This document shows positions 29,413 to 43,961 of a stretch of DNA of 64,000 nucleotides, one piece after another; position 1 is the stretch's first letter, and each line of letters starts with the position of its first letter. The position numbers and the translations under genes were made by a program. This DNA comes from Octopus vulgaris (lineage: Eukaryota), in contig OX597816.1 in NCBI GenBank assembly GCA_951406725.2, forward strand, positions 73,470,001-73,534,000. Reading direction: 5' to 3'. The notes beneath the pieces were generated by a model. The model saw only the letters and a program-made list of their open reading frames with translations. It had not been told where the DNA came from and did not search any database.

Positions 29413-29699
29413 TTGAATTTATTTCAGTCTTCCTGATACACGCTGTGTTGAGCATGAAATATTTATTATTTTATTAATGAAGAAGTGTCAATAGTACAAA
29501 TATGCAAATTAAACAATCCACTGCAGTAACAGTTTAATTTTTTATTGCTGTATATCGTAACTGAATATTTTTATGTGTTATTCTTATGCCATTATTGTTA
29601 CTTTGTAGTAGTTTTCTATTTCTAACGGAATCGCCCTTCCTCTTTATGTCCATGATTGGTATATCCTATCTGTATAAACTCTGGAGTAGACTATATGGA

Positions 29700-30770
29700 A
29701 CATCGGTAGTAGTTTCTTATTTTCTTTTTGCCTGTGCTCTTAAAGTCTCTTAACTGCCAATTTCGCCACTGTGTTTAAATCTGTTATCTCTTATTTTAGC
29801 TTCGAGTTCAGAATTTTATTTTATTACGGCTCTTTTGTAACTCTCTTTTCTAATTTTCCTTTACATATTTGTGTATTGCATATTATTTGCTTTATTTACT
29901 GATATTCTAAATAATGATTGTTCTAATCTAACCCTCTGATGTTGATATCTGTATTTTATGCAATGTTTACGGTTTTAGTTAACATCCGTCTACATTATAT
30001 CTAAACCTATACACGTTTTTATAACTTGGATAAAATTTAAGAACAATTTTAGTATTTCTTAGTGTTTCATAATATCCTTTGTGAATATTTAAAAGCAATC
30101 TGATGATTTATAGTTTGTTCATAGCTTTTAAAACCATTTGAGTTTCATTCATCACATTTGAACAGCAGAGAAGATAGTGTCTCTCCCTAGAAAATTCTTC
30201 TTAGTAGAACGCTGATTTTCATATTATTCTCTTTGTCTTGAAGTATTGCTTTTTCTTCCAATTTTGACATGCATAGTTCAAGAAAACTGTCAATATTATC
30301 GCAAACCTAACGTTTGCGATGTTTGTGTATTTTTGGCATCCAAGAGAATGAAATACCATGAAATAATTTTCAATATCAATCTAGACTATACTAAGATTTG
30401 TATTGCTTTTGCCGCCTTCTACAATACTTCGGTTTTCCAGTAACTTCTCTTTACGGCTTTTCCCCGAATCCATTCTACTTTTCCAGAAACATGTTATTAT
30501 TGCTCATCAAATGAGTAAGAACCCTACTGAATGTAAGTTAAAGTATCCATGTCTTTGCCAACAAGGTTATAAAACTATCACTTTAGAAGTTTAAGGTATC
30601 TTTGCTTTGGAGAAAAATAGTGTTTTCTTCCCGACAGCTATTTAGGTGTTGATTCCAGTTCAGTGCTTAAATTCCAGCTGTCTTTTCACCAAGGGTATTG
30701 GTTAATAGTTCGACAAGAGATTGAGGATCTTGTCAATTCCAGGAGCTTTCTAGTTGCTGTTTTAATGTAT
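29700..30770 (-). pseudogene. Decayed R4/Dong-clade reverse transcriptase
   Basis: Minus-strand peptides SN*KAPGID (~30745), NLSIV*IDI (~30385) and RIF*GETLSSLLF (~30180) match NWKAPGxD / NLSMAWID / GIFQGDSLSPLLF in order. The lower boundary is a guess. Confidence 0.75.
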
Positions 30771-31112
30771 GAATGAGTTTCATACTCATGGAGCTATAAC
30801 ATATATGTGTGTGTGAGTCTTTGTGTCTGTGTGTGTGTGCCTGTATGTGTATGTATGCATGTATGGATGTATGAATGCATAAATGTATATATATATGTAT
30901 ATATATATAATATAAAATGTAGTGTTCATTTGTTGATAAGATCTACAAAAAAGCACTCAGTTCAGCAAAGATAATTTAATGACTGCATGAGTTTTACATG
31001 ACCTACTTTAAGTTTTATGCACGGACACTGGAATATGGAAAGCATGGAACTTAAAGTAGCTCAGGTTTAATTTCTGTTTCATTAAATGATATATATATAC
31101 ACATATATACAT

Positions 31113-31683
<571 letters not shown>

Positions 31684-31687
31684 CATA

Positions 31688-32097
31688 TGGTGATCTCATA
31701 TTAAGGTCAACAGCACATGACCTTGCAGATCATGAGAAATTAGAATTTTTTTCATCCTGCTCAAAAGGTCCTTGAATAAGGTCTGCTTAAGGATGTTGAA
31801 CAAAACACCCATGTTTCCAAAGGTGAATTATTCAAGCCCCAAAGAATCCCTATCAACACATGGCTATCATGCTCCCCCACTATTCCTGCTCATGAACAGA
31901 GATGCACATATCGTCAACTACTAAGGGACATGCTCAACTGGTTATGGTCAAACAACTGACAAGCAAATCTGTGGTATTGAGCAGAATATTTGCTGTAGCC
32001 CATCTTTTATACCATGACAAAACAATGTACATGATAACACTTCCAATCAGTTAAGATCAGAAGCCACGAGAGCCACTGTCTGGTACTGCATCAGGCC

Positions 32098-32100
<3 letters not shown>
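31688..32100 (+). mobile_element. Unclassified retroposon with (TTA)n tail
   Basis: Homolog of 24820-25325; ends in (TTA)n. Confidence 0.75.
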
Positions 32101-32169
<69 letters not shown>

Positions 32170-32180
32170 CATTATTATTC

Positions 32181-32290
32181 CAGTTCTATATTTAAGAGAT
32201 GAGGAATTATGTACATTATTTACATACGGCGTAGTGGTTAAGAGCGCGGGCTACTAACCCCAAGTTTCCGAGTTCGATTCCAGGCAGTGA

Positions 32291-32377
<87 letters not shown>

Positions 32378-32465
32378 CAACAACAACAACAATAATAATA
32401 ACAATAATAATAAAACAACAACAACAACAACAACAACAATAATAATAATAATAATAATAATAATC

Positions 32466-32504
<39 letters not shown>

Positions 32505-32650
32505 TCGAAAAATACCTTAGGAATGAGAACTCAGGTTCAAAATTTCCCCAAGACACCTCATGAAGGCTGCACCAGAAACGTTGTGTTAACAACAAACAAG
32601 ATGAGGACAAATATCCGTCAAATGTAAATAGTATATATAATGTAACAATA
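32181..32650 (+). mobile_element. Composite: tRNA-like head + (AAT)n + hammerhead-bearing tail
   Basis: GGCGTAGTGGTTAAGAGC...GTTCGATTCC at 32228-32281. GACAC-CTCATGA-A-GGCTGCACCA-GAAA-CG-TT-GTGTT at 32552-32587. Confidence 0.6.
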
Positions 32651-32670
32651 ATTATTATTATCATTGTTTA

Positions 32671-32882
32671 GGCGGCGAGCTGGTAGAATCGTTAGCACGC
32701 TGGGTGAAATGCTTAGCAGTATTACGTCCGTCTTCATGTTCTGAGTTCAAATTCCGCCGAGGTCGACTTTATCTTTCATCGTTTCGGGGTCGATAAATTA
32801 AGTACCAGTGAAACACTGGGGATCGATGTAAATCGACTATCCCCCTACCCCAAATGTTCAGGCCTTGTATCCGCAGTAGAAA
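32671..32882 (+). mobile_element. SINE family C
   Basis: GGCGGCGAGCTGGTAGAATCGTTAG head and (ATT)n tail. Confidence 0.88.
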
Positions 32883-33488
32883 TTATTATTATTATCATCA
32901 TCATCATCATCATCATCATTGTTTAACGGATGATGATTCACTCTGAAGCAACTCGGATTCTACGGATTTGATCATACATATATACATACATACATGCATA
33001 TATACACACATATAAATCCTTTAACATGGATTGAGTACTCTTATCGTCATTTATACAGGCACTAACATATATATGTATATGTATGTCCGTATTTATCTAT
33101 TATATGGAGGTATATGCTTTTATTTTTGGTAGTAGCAGTATTGTATTGCATGTTTATATGTGGCTATTTTGTTGGTATTGTTGTTGCAACAGCAAACGAA
33201 ATTCGTAGGATTTTGAAATATTACACACCAAGCAATGCCGTTGGCGTTCATTTTTTTTCTAATAAATATAATAAATAATGGGTTTTAAATAACACATTAA
33301 TCAAATAAGGAAGCGAAAAGGATTTTTTTTTCTTTAAGGAAAAGACGGGCTGAGATTAGATCTCCCATTTTTCTGGATTTTGTATGTTTTAAGTTTTTTT
33401 CAATAGTAAATAAATTATACGACAGCTATGCGTTATTGAATATCATGATTTAGGCTATCACGCAATGATTTTTGTACCGAGATATGAA

Positions 33489-33587
<99 letters not shown>

Positions 33588-33689
33588 ATGTATATATTTA
33601 TATATGTATGTATGTTTGTATGTTTGTATGCATGTATGCCTGTATAAATATTTATATATACTTGCGCACACAGTGATATATACCAAGAA

Positions 33690-33730
<41 letters not shown>

Positions 33731-33966
33731 ATAAAAGAGAGAGGAAGAACGAAAGTAACGAAAGAAGAAACGTGGAAAAGCAACATGGAAAATAGGGAAG
33801 ATAGAAATATGGTGGAGCTGAGGTGAGCGAGAAGAAAAGAAAGAAAGAAAGAAAGAAGGAAAGAAAGAAAGAAAGTAAGAAAGAAAGAGTGGATGAAGAC
33901 ATTGAAGAAAATGATACGAGGAAAAACAAAAAGACAACAAAGGAAACGAAGCAGTAGAAAATAGAC

Positions 33967-34030
<64 letters not shown>

Positions 34031-34825
34031 CTTGACAAATAAATGAATAAAACTGAGTGTAAAACGAAATAAGATAAAATAAAATGATAGAAAATAAAAA
34101 CTGAAGTGAAATGATCATGATCAACGTGAGGTCAGCGAAAGGCTTTCCGCCAGCAAATTAGTTAGACTATGCATATAATTATATCTCGATAGTGTTCCGA
34201 TGAGCGTTAGATTAATTGACAGTACTCTGGATGGGTGCCATATTGAAGACGAAAAGAAAATGAGAAGCCTTAGAAGAAACAGAGACGGAGGGCGAGATAG
34301 AGTGAGAAGCAGAGAGAGAGAGAGAGATAGAGATAGAGAGAGCGAGAGTCAGTTTATTTGACACATGATACCATCAATAAGCCATATTCAGTGCTCAACG
34401 CCTTCACTTGTTATCAATACAATGTCTTGTTTTCATAAGAAACACTGAGTGAAATATAAAAATAAAATGGCGAACAAATTTGTACGTCTATTATTTCATA
34501 ACGAGGTTTTAGTTACATTCCATTAAAGAAGCAAGTTTGAATTCTATTGGTTTATCTGTTTGTTTATTAGTTTGTTTATTTGCTTCTTTGGTTATTTGCT
34601 TACTTGATATTATTTGTCTTTTCTTTTGCCTTTTGTTACAAATTATGTTGTTGCTTGGTAAATGTAAGTATATGAGCGTTTGTGTTTCAATATGTGTGTG
34701 AGTTTGTATGTGTATATGTATGCGTATATTTATGCTGTCAACCCATTTCTCTCTTTCTTTCTCTCTCTCTTCTCTCTCTCTTTCTCTCTCTCTATATATA
34801 TGTATGTGTATATATGTGAGTGTGT

Positions 34826-34863
<38 letters not shown>

Positions 34864-34914
34864 ATCTTATATGTATATATATATGTATATACATGTGTGT
34901 ATATATGAGGAGGA

Positions 34915-35246
34915 CACCTCCTTCGGTCATGAAAGACCATGGGATTGCACCTAGAAAGTTACCCTCCGAGGCATAAGTCCGGACAAGGTTGTTTGTGGAA
35001 GGCCAGCAGTCGCCCATGCATACCAGCCTCCCCTCTCCGCACCACTGATATTATCCAAGGGAAAGGCAAAGGCTGATACAGCTTGGCACCAGTGATGTCA
35101 CAACTCATTTCTACATCTGCGTTAACCGGAGTAATGTGAAATAAAGTGTCTTACTCAAGAACACAACACGCAGCCCGGTCCGGTAATCGAAAACTCACAT
35201 CCTCACGATCGTAAGCTCGACGCTCTAACCACTGAGCCATACGTCT
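34915..35246 (-). mobile_element. SINE family A
   Basis: Reverse complement of the 1443-1767 / 60261-60592 family. Confidence 0.9.
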
Positions 35247-35256
35247 TCACTAGATA

Positions 35257-35344
<88 letters not shown>

Positions 35345-35357
35345 AATAGAGAGAGGG

Positions 35358-35554
35358 GGAAATTTATCTGTAAAATAATATATGACAATTATTCAATAGC
35401 CAAGATGAAACTCCGAGTTTCGGATGCCGAAGTGGAAAACTTGAAGTTTTATCTTGGCTATTTGAATAATTGTCACATTATTTTTACAGATAAATTTCCT
35501 CTATTTGCATAATATTGAGGTCTCTTTCTTTCTTTTGTTATCTCACCGTTTTTA

Positions 35555-35558
<4 letters not shown>
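35358..35558 (+). mobile_element. Fold-back (inverted-repeat) PLE-like module
   Basis: Imperfect ~64-bp arms at 35358-35421 and 35435-35499, then a unique tail ending in (TA)n. Confidence 0.65.
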
Positions 35559-35636
<78 letters not shown>

Positions 35637-37193
35637 TAGATAGATAGATAGATAACTTTCTTTTATTAGCCACACAGGGCTGAATACAGAGGGGACAAAT
35701 ACAAATGCAGAGCTTTTCTTTTCGAGGGTGGAAAAAAAAAGAAAATATATATATAGATAGATAGATAGATACATACATACATACATACATACATACATAC
35801 ATACATACATACATACATACATACATACATACATACATACATACATACATTTCATATTGAAAGCAGGACTCTGTATGAGTTTATGAAGTTCTTGAAATAT
35901 TGATAAAGGATTTAGTAAATTCCACTATTCCAGACTGCAAGGAAATCTTTTGCTAACAAGAGAAAAAAACATCACGAAAACCAGAAAAGTAGACCACGTT
36001 CGCAACACACTCTCCCTGTGTGTACAATTACACACACACCTGTGATCACAACTCTGAATAGATTTAGCTGGAATTGAACCAGAATTAACACTATAAACAT
36101 GTTAATCCATGCCAAATATGAAACACAACCTACTTCTTGAAATACTAAGCAATTACTTTGTATGCTAGACTTGTTCATACGAACATACATACATACCTTA
36201 TATAAAACCTAATACCTGTGTAGTAAGCAGTGAAATACAAATGGTGTACGTGTACTGTAACGTCCTACTAAGAACATTACATCGTAGGTGAGGACCAATA
36301 TACTAACTTTCTGATAGTATTTATGTGTAAAATGTTCTTGAAAAACCCATGTAAAACTGCATTTAGGGTATATGTACATTATTATGAAATGCAATGTCTA
36401 ATGTAGATTTGGGTTACATCCCTAAACTGTCCCATTTTATAGATGCAAATATAAAAAAATACTCAGAAATCCGAAAAAAAAAATAATCCGAAAACGGCAA
36501 CACTTTCGGATAAGAGATTCTCAACTGAAGTGAATATTTCATAAAATTTAGAAGAGTTTACAGAAAAATCGAAACTGCGACACCCAAATTTGAACCACTT
36601 ATCGTAGAGTGACAAAAGTCAATATTGCTAAATAGTGAGTCTGTTCTACCATTTCTACAGTTATTGTTGACAGCAGAAGCGCCGCCATCCCCTACGAGGA
36701 CGTCGTTCACTACTAAAAACAGTACAACTGCAGCCACTGTGAAAAATGACAGATAGTATCGACAGATTTCACAGTCATTAAATGCTTTGATTGTATTTTA
36801 GTAAGACCATCTTTTACGAAACAATATCACTATCAACACACACGCCGATAAACACAGTGTCGCACTCACACACGTTACTATTAACATACACGCATGCATC
36901 AAGACATACACATTAACACACACCAACGCGCATACAAAACAATGTGTTAACAATATTGTCTTTGATAAAAAAAAAAAAAAGAAGGAGAACGAAAGAAAAG
37001 AAAGATGAAAAGAATCCAACTTAATCAGAATTTGTTACGTATGCGGGTGAGTGAGGAGATCAAAACACACTCTAACGCTAATCAGAACTGATGTATGTAT
37101 ATATGATGTCCATACATACATGGGTAATTGTATTGTATGCATATGTTCCTACGTATGCACGCGTATACAGATGTATTTTTGTGCGTGCATAAT

Positions 37194-37316
<123 letters not shown>

Positions 37317-37478
37317 TATATATGTATGTATATGTATATATGTATATATGTATATATGTATATATACATATACATACACATATATACATATATATAGATA
37401 TGTACATATATGTGTGCGAATTATTTATATATCTGTGTATATATATATATATATGTATATATATATGTATATATATGT

Positions 37479-37518
<40 letters not shown>

Positions 37519-39091
37519 GTACTACGTACGTACGTATGTATGTATGTATGTATGTATGTATGTATGTATGTATGTATGTATGTATGTATGTATGTATTTG
37601 TGTGTCTGCATGGCGTATATTTATATGCAGGTATATAACAAGGCGGAGCTAGTGTGTCTACCTACATGTGCGCATATGTTGGTGAATGAGTGAATGAGTG
37701 AGTGAGTGAGTGAGTGAGTGAGTGAGTGGCCGCCTCAGAGGAAATGACAATATAGAGCAGAGGAGTCGCCCAGATGGCAACTAATTTTATCTAATTGAAA
37801 ATAACGAACTGTTTACGTCGCCTTCGCCTCTTCCATTGTTTTTGTTATTCTTTTTATTCGTTTTTAGAGAGTAGAACGGTGTTTGTCTTTGCTAAATATT
37901 GATATTGACATTGATGATATCGATGATGATGCTGATGGCTACTGGTGGTGGTTGTAACAACGTTGATGGTTATTTGTTTATTGATTATAGCATTTGTTTT
38001 CCTTGTTTGTTTGTTTGTTTGTGTGCTCTGTGGTTAGCAATGTCGTCACTGGTCGTGTGGCCCCGGTCGTTGTTAACTGAACATCAGTTGTTGTATTAGT
38101 TCCATTGTTTTCCTTACTATGTACACATGCGCTATTTCATTTGAACGAAGTCTCATGTAAGATTTTTGTTGCTACTATTGTAATTGTTGTTGTTGTTGTA
38201 CTTGTTGTTGTTGTTGTTGTCATCGACTGATGACAACGAAAATGATGATGGTGGTGTGTGGGTGGGGTGGCGAAGGATTTTGTTTCGTCATCATTTTCCT
38301 CCCTTTTTGTCTTTCATCTAATCAAAGGATCCGCAGAGAATAGACAGTGGCAGAACGTTAACAGAGCGTTTAGTATTAAACCAGACTAAAAATATGTTTT
38401 ACTCTTTATTTATATGAGATACTTTCAAGAAACAAAACGCACACATACACGCAACACTCCACACACACACACACTCCACACACACAACATTCCATAATTT
38501 AAATTCAATTCCCGCACGAAATTGAATTAATTTTATTCTCCATCCCTTCTTTGTTGGTGAAATAGATACCTGTAACATAATAAGGTTTATGCTATATGTT
38601 TTCTTTAACAAAAGAAAATATCAGGTACATCGATATTATTTGTCATTCGTTTCACTGATATGACTGGGTTATTTCTTCTTTAAGTATAAGTTTGAATTCT
38701 GAGTCAATGGGGAGAGAGTTACAACTAGAGGAAATCTCCAAGCGCTTTAAATGCACATGTCTCCGATATTCAAGCGGCTGAAAAGTGTGAGCAGAAGGAC
38801 ATCTAGGAGTCATGACCTGGATGCGACGCCCCCCCCCTTCCACCTTTAGAATGTAAGAAGTTAAGGGCCGAAACACTTGTCTAAGAGAAGTTTTTTCTCT
38901 GCAGATCTTCTGTTCAGCTCTCTTGAGAGTTTTTTGCCACTCGATTCCGGCGATGAAGACAATTGGGATTTTAAATCAAAATATAAAGAGCCGTAACTAA
39001 AGCTAGGAAGGATTTTACTCGATTTTCAACAATTCTATAAATCCGGAGGCCTTAATATCGATATCTATATCTATATCTATAAAAAAACAGG

Positions 39092-39179
<88 letters not shown>

Positions 39180-39856
39180 ACGTGAATGTACTTTATGCAC
39201 GTCCACAAATTAGCATGCATGTCGTTCTAATTTTAAGAGAACATTGGTCATGACAATGGCTGTGATTTTGTCAACTTATTTTTCCCGAGGCACCACCGGA
39301 TAGCAGTAAAAATAGCTTTCAACCATAACTTTTACCAGTTTTCACATCAGTGAAATCCGTAAGTTTGCTAACATGAGTTAAATCCCTTGTCTATAAGATT
39401 AATCTATAAGATTAATTCACCCTACTACAATGCCTCTGAAAAAAATTAGATTTGGACTACCTAAGCAATCTCAGCGTAGGGAAAGAGAAAGAGCTGAAGA
39501 GACTGACAATCAGCAGACCCTAGTAAAATATTAAAACATTTTGGGCCGAAACCTGGCAATAAGTGCTTGCGGATATTCCACTATAAAACATTTAATATCG
39601 AAGCAGTAACTTTCATAAATCAGGGTATAATTTTTGAAGACTCATTCAGAACCCAGTCAACGACGGGTACATATATATATAATTGCGTGTGATTTGATCA
39701 GCACTACTCCGCCAAAATACAATCTGAAAGTTTTTAACAATGTTACGAAGTATTATTTGCCCAAGTTTATACGCCCAAAATGTACAGGTGTAAACATATA
39801 TTATCCTATTTTCAGTTTACCAATCTTTGTAAACATAACGCTCGTACATATATACA

Positions 39857-39931
<75 letters not shown>

Positions 39932-40201
39932 GTAATTATTTGGATCTTGAGTATATGGTTAATAGTATGCCGATCAAAGGATTAAAGCACTTTCACTGTT
40001 TAGGCTACCTGATGTCATGCAGCTGATGCAGCTGAAGATACGATAGTTTGGCCAAAAGAACCGGCTATTGCAAGCAAAAATAAATATTGAAAAAAAACCG
40101 CATGTGGCCAAATTTGGACATATAACAGTTTAACATAATAGGAAAGATACATATATGTCTGTGTGTGTGTCTTTGTGTGTGTGTGCGTGTGTGTGTGTGC
40201 A

Positions 40202-40980
40202 TCTACTGAATATGTGGAAAATTCTGTTTGTGAGTGTGTTTGTGGAGTTTTAGCGAACTCCTCCCACATCGTTTTATCGAACTCCTACATCGTTTTATCG
40301 ATTTTGATGAAACTTGACAAGTGAGTAGAATTCAGTTCTGGAAACCTCATGGTATACTCAAATTGTTGAAAACATCGATAATAGGGCCCCCTGGAAGGGA
40401 TCCTTATATATATCTAATACATTTTTATTTTACGAACCAAGGAAAATAACCCATTCGCCCCTTGAAGGGAGCCTTATATTTAAACAAGTAAATAGTATTT
40501 TCCTAAACAATAAATCCACTTATTTCGGTTAGTGACTTATTAACGAATGTACCAACGTTAGCGCCTCTGGGAACGCACAAAAAGCCTTTTTCCAGAGTTA
40601 TTTACTTTGAATTGTTATTATCTCATATCTGATTAACCTGTTATTACGTAACATGCTTCACCATTTTAGTATACATACCTTATTAGTATTTCCTCCTATG
40701 TTCTATGTACTCTGGGAACGCATTAAAGCCCTTTTCGGGGCTACTTTATTTGAATTTTTACTATCGGGTAACTAACTTCACAACTTGGGTATTCATAACT
40801 TTTTGGGAATTCCTAAAAGCAAGATCCTGTGTAAGACAGTTCGGTATTCTCTGTAAATGAACAAAAGCCGTTTTAAGAGCTACATACTTTGTATTGTTGT
40901 TATTGGATTAGCGAAACACTTATGAAAGCAGAACCAAGGGAAAAGCCCCACTTTCCCGCGAATTACCGGTACGTCAGCTA

Positions 40981-40981
<1 letters not shown>
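40202..40981 (+). mobile_element. Non-autonomous Helitron
   Basis: A|TCTACTGAATATGTGGAAAATTCTG 5' end and GC-rich subterminal sequence with ...GTCAGCTAG|T 3' end. AT target, no TSD, internal direct repeats. Confidence 0.7.
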
Positions 40982-41024
<43 letters not shown>

Positions 41025-41074
41025 TATATACTATATATATATATATATATTATGGTATATATATATATGTATAT

Positions 41075-42736
41075 CTAGCAGTATCGCCCGGCGTTCAAGT
41101 TTCTCGGGTTTGTTTCGACCCGCTGGAATTGTAATTTTGAAAAGTAAAAATTTTGTGACATTTTTTCTGGTCGAAATACACCGAAAAGTGGCGACACAGC
41201 AGTGAAAAAATCGTAAAAAATAGGGATTTTCATAGAAAAAAGAATCTTTTTGATGTAAATAATTTTTGGTGTTAACATGGTCCGATTTGAATTTTATGTT
41301 CTACGGAAGGAAGAGCAACCCTTCTTCTACCATACTCTCAATTTTGGTCAACTTGCGCCGCAGGGTCTCGGAGGAGATAGTGTTAGTTGAAGGTTACCAT
41401 TCTAGGTGCCTGAGTAACAACCTCGCGGATTTACAAATAAATGAATTAATTACTATTTTACAGAATAAAATTAAATAATTCTTGAAAATTAATTAATATT
41501 AATATTTTTTGAACAAAGTAAATAATTTTTAAAACTTAAATAATAATTTTTTTTACACAAACGCGAACGGGGAAAAGGGGGTGGCGAATTCAATTTACAT
41601 ACCTAATTTTTTTCTTTTTCATGACATTGTAGCAAAATAGTAGTGAATTATATAAATACCAGCAGTACATTTTTTTTCTGGGGTATTTTTTTTCAACCTC
41701 GTCACATATTTGCCCCTTTCAATTTAAACAAAGTCTTAATTAAGTAATTACGGCAGCTTAGCAATGGTTTCAATACAGGCGTGACATCTGTATCTCAATT
41801 GTTCAAAACCCTTCGAATTTTTTCGCACGTGATGATATCATAGTGAAAACTTTCAATTACGCGCGCTTAGAAGTACGCTCGCAAATTAATACTACCAAAA
41901 TTTTGAAGTTCGCGCTCCGCTTGTGTGTGTGTGTGTGCGTGCTTTAGGTGTACGTAGGTATGTGTTTTTTGTGTGTGTGTGTCACTGAAGCCATACATAC
42001 ATATATACATACATAACCTCTCTCTCTCTTTTCTCTCTCAGTCACTCACTACAAAAAGTGAATAAAAAAAGTTCAGTTATTTCTGTCTTTCACTCTGTCT
42101 GTCTCTTTACACACACTAACAAAAGCACTTCACTTACACACCACACTTTCTGTGTCGCACAACCCATCAAACACACACACACACACACTCACGCATGCAC
42201 ACATGTACATCAATGCTTTCGGAGTGAAATGTTAAAATATTGAGTTTTCTCGAATTTTGTCTTAATTGGGGTGAAATTGAAAGAAATATATTATGGCATG
42301 ACCGAATGGAGTACTTTGAAAAATCTTAGGTAAACTCTAATTGAAGAAATTGTGTGAGGAGTAAATCGTTATGTATTTATTTGTTTCTGTTTGCTGTGTT
42401 TTTTTATTTTTTGAGTAGTGGTTTAAATACTTTCAGTTTAGTCTTCCTCAAATCACTCTGTCGCTATTTACTTTCATTTTATTCGTTGCACACTGTGTGT
42501 GTGCGTGTGCGTGTGGTGTAAACCACATTAAGAAAAGCATTTGACATACACACCAGAATGTGAGTTTTCTGTAAATTTTGCTTAATTGGAGTTTGAATTT
42601 TAAAAACTGGACCTGGCATGACCCGATGCATTCTACTCTTAAAAATGCTAGGTAAATTGTAATTGAAGAAATCCTATATTGTAGATTTCTATAAGTTACA
42701 AAGGGAGGCAGATAAAATCTGCCTTTTATAATAAGA
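41075..42736 (-). mobile_element. Non-autonomous Helitron (~1.66 kb)
   Basis: Minus strand begins A|TCTTATTATAAAAGGCAG and ends CCCGAG...AACGCCGGGCGATACTGCTAG. Diverged ~110-bp internal duplication (~42241 vs ~42561). Confidence 0.75.
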
Positions 42737-42752
42737 TATATATATATATATG

Positions 42753-42801
<49 letters not shown>

Positions 42802-42826
42802 ATACATACATATATATGTATGTATG

Positions 42827-42862
<36 letters not shown>

Positions 42863-42890
42863 TACATACATACATACATACATATATATG

Positions 42891-42922
<32 letters not shown>

Positions 42923-42930
42923 CTAGCTGA

Positions 42931-43341
42931 CGTACCTCCCAACCCGGCTCGGTCCCCTGCTCCCGCCCACGTTGCCGCACTTGCCCTTACCTCTCCAACA
43001 CCACCCTCCTCACTAGCACCCATCATAGACCCTTTCGCATCATCAACCCCTTCACCTGCACCTCCAGCAATATTATCTATTGCGTCTCTTGCTCTCTCTG
43101 CCATTCCTTGTACATCGGACAAACGGGACGCCGCTTGGCTGACCGGTTCGCGGAACACCTTCGTGACATCCACCTTGCGAACGACACACCGGTCTCACGC
43201 CATTTCCGCTCCACCGGTCACTCCTTGCAACACCTGTCTGTGTTCGGTTTGTCCTTACACAGAGGCCATCCGGATTCCCGTTTGCACCGTGAACAGGAAT
43301 TAATCTTCTCTCTTCGCTCTTATACGCCATTTGGTCTCAAC
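42931..43341 (+). pseudogene. Penelope-like retroelement C-terminal GIY-YIG endonuclease with Cys-rich linker (5'-truncated)
   Basis: Stop-free frame: ...[15 protein letters not shown]...[40 protein letters not shown]...RHF...H...[18 protein letters not shown]. This shows the PLE IY/YIG, CxxC, RxxEH, E and GLN motifs. No RT upstream. Confidence 0.93.
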
Positions 43342-43923
43342 TCTCCCCCCCCCTCCTCTCATCTAACCCCTCCCTCTCCCCCCTCCTCACCTACCTTCCC
43401 CCCGACCCCTACTTCTCTTCAGTCCTTCATCCTTTCACCCCTACTCCCCTTCCCTTCTTCCCTCTTTCTCCCTCCCTCCTTCCCTCTTCCACTTCCCTCT
43501 GCTCCCTCACTCCCCTTCTCTCTCCCCTCTCCCTCTTTCCTCCTTCCTCCTCCCCTCCTCCTTCCCTTCCTTCTCCCCCTCCTCTCTCCCCCTCCCCTCT
43601 CTCCCACCCCTCTCCCCCTTCTTTCCCCCTCCCCCTCTTCTCCTCTCTCCACACTACACCACCAGACTTTACACATCACATCATATATACATACACACGT
43701 CCAGACCTCTCATACGCACTAATACTCTCTCTCACACACACACACACACACACCCTTAAGTTGGAGTAGGTCATTCAACCCTATTATCTCCCCTAATTTC
43801 GCTCTCGCGTCTCATGTTTGATCTTTGACTTCTGGCCAAAATCAGATCGCCATGTTGATTCGTTAGTTACTGCACGCATATTTTTTTTCTCTCCTTCTTT
43901 CTGTGTTTTTTTTTCTCTGTGTA

Positions 43924-43961
43924 TCTTTCTGTTGAAGAGCGTAGGCTCGAAACGTTAAAGA
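43924..43961 (+). ncRNA. Minimal type I hammerhead-ribozyme variant
   Basis: TCTTT-CTGTTGA-A-GAGC-GTAG-GCTC-GAAA-CG-TT-AAAGA: perfect 5-bp stem I, 4-bp stem II, palindromic ACGT in place of stem III. Core has A6->U. Confidence 0.7.

Noticed and set aside
34585-34607. TCTTTGGTTAT match to the miR-9 5' end
   Set aside because: Only 11 nt match and no complementary hairpin arm nearby.
37730-37830. Cluster of TF-like words (CAGATGG, TAAT, TGTTTAC)
   Set aside because: Short motifs expected by chance; no conservation data available.
42448-43303. Alternative-frame ORFs over the GC-rich segment
   Set aside because: Shadows of the PLE endonuclease frame that starts at 42931.
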